This document shows, one piece after another, positions 61,848 to 64,000 of a stretch of DNA of 64,000 bases. Source of the stretch: Ostrea edulis (Eukaryota); NCBI RefSeq assembly GCF_947568905.1, contig NC_079164.1, positions 34,534,001 through 34,598,000 on the forward strand, written 5' to 3'. The position numbers and the translations under genes are program-made. Numbering within the stretch: the first letter of the stretch is position 1; each line of letters starts with the position of its first letter. The notes below the pieces were generated by a model. That model did not search any database. It was not told the DNA's origin and saw only the letters and a list, made by a program, of their open reading frames with translations.

Positions 61848-63461
61848 TGTCTGTCGTCTGTGTCCGGCTGTCTGTAAACTTTTTACATTTTCAACTACTT
61901 CTCCAGAACCACTGGGACAATTATAACCAAACTTGGCCAAAAGCATCCTTGGGTGTAGAGCTTTCAAGTTTGTTCAAATGAAGGGCCTTGTCCCCTTCAA
62001 ACAGGGGATAATAACAAAAATGTAAAAATAGGGTGGGGTCATTTAAAAATCTTCTCAAGAACCACTGGGCCAAAAGAGCTGAAATTTACATGAAAGCTTC
62101 CTGACATAGTGCAGATTCAAGTTTGTTAGAATCATGGCCCACGGGGGTATGATGGGGCCACAATAGGGGATCAAAGTTTTACATACAAATGTATAGGGAA
62201 AATCTTTAAAAATCGTCTTCTCAAAACCTACTGGGCCAGGAAAGTTGAAATTTACATGAAAGCTTCCTAACATAGTGCAGATTGAAATGTATTAAAATCA
62301 TGGCCCCCGAGGATAGGATGGGGCCACAATAGGGGATGAAAGTTTTACATACAAATATATAGGGAAAATCTTTAAAAATTTCCTTTTCAAAAACTACTGG
62401 GCCAGGAAAGTTTACATTTACATGAAAGCTTCCTGACATAGTGCAGATTCAAGTTTATTAAAATCATTGCCCCTGGGGGTAAGATGAGGCGACAATAGGG
62501 GATCAAAGTTTTACATACAAATATATAGGGAAAATCATTAAAAATATTCTTATGAAAAATCATTGGGCCAGAAAAGTTTACATTTACATGAAAGCTTCCT
62601 GACATAGTCCAGATTCAATTATGAAAAAATCATGACCCCTGGGAGTAGGTTGGGGCCACAATAGGAATCAAAGTTTTACATGCGAATATACAGGAAAAAT
62701 CTTTAAATATGAGCCAAGGTGACTCAGGTAAGCGATGTGGCCCATGGGCCTCTTGTTTCAGATAGAATACTTTCTTGACATTTTTGTCACACGTGATCTA
62801 GCTCAGGACTCCTTTATGTGTTCACAACAATTCAATCCACCACTTATAGTTGTCAGGAATAAACATGATTGAATATCAGTTTAAAAAGAAAAGAAAAACA
62901 TTGAATATTGGTTGACACTTTCATTTGGATTAATCTTTTAAATTTGAAGCAAAAACAAAATTTACTGAAAGTAATCAATACGAAATGTATTTAAACAATT
63001 TAGATCTGGTCTTGTCTTTAATACACAGTAACTCTCCTTGTGATGTTTGACTTTATTTTTTGTAAAATCATATACATGTATAACAATAGGTTATAGACAA
63101 AAATTCTAAAGATAACCCAAAACAAGCATTTATAAACATCATACCCCCAATAGATTTTTTAAAAAAGATATCCATTAGGAATGGTTTTTATAATGACTTC
63201 AAAGGATCTGATTTTAATCAGATTGTGTGAATCCCATTGCTTTCATTGGTCTTTGTGTATAACATATCGCATTTTAAGCATTTGAAGAAATGGGGAAAAT
63301 GTTTTTCTAGGTTAGTCAGAGAATTTGTGATATCAGATGACCCTGCCAAGATCAGAAGGATTCTGAAGATCCTTGGAGAGGATTTTGCTCTGTCAAATCA
63401 TTCCAATGCCAGGAAAGGTGGATCCATTGGGCTGGCAGCCACGGCAATAGGACTGGGAAAG
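59219..63461 (+). CDS. VAC14: VAC14 (PIKfyve/Fab1 complex scaffold), first two coding exons join(59219..59319,63311..63461); the gene continues beyond the window
   Basis: MNDKEYAPLSPQCIRNLNDKLYEKRKTGALEVER/LVREFV..LGEDFALSNHSNARKGGSIGLAATAIGLGK matches the VAC14 N-terminus; phase-2 GT-AG intron; donor GTAAGG at 63462. Confidence 0.95.
59529..59983. mobile_element. 455-bp MITE with about 50-bp terminal inverted repeats in VAC14 intron 1
   Basis: AGGTTGGGAACACTTCCCCTATAGCGAGATATTCTCGC..GCGATTA / TAATCGC..GCGAGAATAGCTCGCTATAGGGGAAGTGTTCCCAACCT. Confidence 0.85.
60627..61182 (+). repeat. Direct duplication of about 190 bp (60627-60817 and 60990-61182) containing a tRNA-like Pol III head
   Basis: Near-identical blocks 363 bp apart; A-box TGGCCGAGTGG; B-box GGTTTGACC / GGTTCGACC. 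Confidence 0.85.
61797..62758 (+). mobile_element. Helentron non-autonomous element carrying about five 166-bp Cg170-like satellite units
   Basis: TTTTAGCTCACCTGAGCTGAAAGCTCAAGTGAGC start; GATGTGGCCCATGGGCCTCTTGTTT end; the ORF track repeats at 62055, 62221 and 62387 (period 166). Confidence 0.85.
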
Positions 63462-64000
63462 GTAAGGAGGACTCGCATAAGTCAGTTCTAGGGTAGCCTA
63501 ACAGTTCACATGTCTTACCCCTTCAAATCCCTGGCACAATCTTGCAACCAATCAAACAATGCAAGAGTAGCAATTGAAGAGCCTGTGCAAGGTTGTCAGC
63601 TGTGTTCACAGCTTAGCATTGTTGTTCAACTGCACTATTTGCAGAAGATCATAGGTTCAATTTACAATCCCACTCACAATTTTCATTTTTTGTTAGTATT
63701 CATGTATTTTTTCATGGTGTTGAGTATAGGGAGGCACACCTAAGAAATCTGATATGGATAGATAGTGGAGGATATGTACAATGATATTAACTTACCTGAC
63801 TTATTCGGAATTCCTGTTCGCTCCGTGGGGAGCATAGGGCCGCAACCACACCTCTCCAACGTACTTTGTTTTGGGCTGCATTTTTCAGCTGGGCCCAAGT
63901 AAAACCTGCCTCTCAGGCCTCTGCTTCTATGGTTGTTTTCATTTCTACTGCTACCTGGGCAGATTTTCCAGAACCCTATCCTGGTGTTAGCTAGCCTTAA

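Noticed and set aside
62055-62605. Three near-identical 72-aa ORFs
   Set aside because: They reflect the 166-bp satellite period inside a HINE.

Overview
AT-rich, intron-containing animal genomic DNA, most likely an oyster (Ostreidae). This is inferred from Helentron/HINE elements carrying a 166-bp Cg170-like repeat and from bivalve-type SINEs. All gene models were assembled by hand from homology and splice phases. (1) An 11-exon SLC23/NAT nucleobase-ascorbate transporter (+, 4907-20958, 618 aa) with one GC-AG intron. (2) A 2-exon neurocalcin/NCS calcium sensor nested antisense in its last intron. (3) Two AQP4-like aquaporins (+, 22053-23940 and 41255-46123). (4) Two copies of an NHL/beta-propeller exon (-), each lying tail-to-tail 50 bp from a copy of the last exon of aquaporin A; the second aquaporin exon copy is an orphan. 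(5) A 4-exon MARVEL-domain gene (-, 52321-58698) head-to-head with (6) the first two exons of VAC14 (+). The rest is dense in repeats: a decayed Penelope-like (Naiad-type) RT and its 3' tails, HINEs, SINEs, MITEs, a mariner end and many minisatellites. The most unusual observations are a minisatellite made of 17 copies of a real SLC23 splice acceptor, the duplicated aquaporin-exon/NHL sense-antisense module, a family of 80-90 bp near-perfect palindromes sharing terminal motifs, non-NPA aquaporin motifs with an AQP4 M1/M23-like N-terminus, and atypical SLC23 substrate-site residues. No prokaryotic system or CRISPR array is present.
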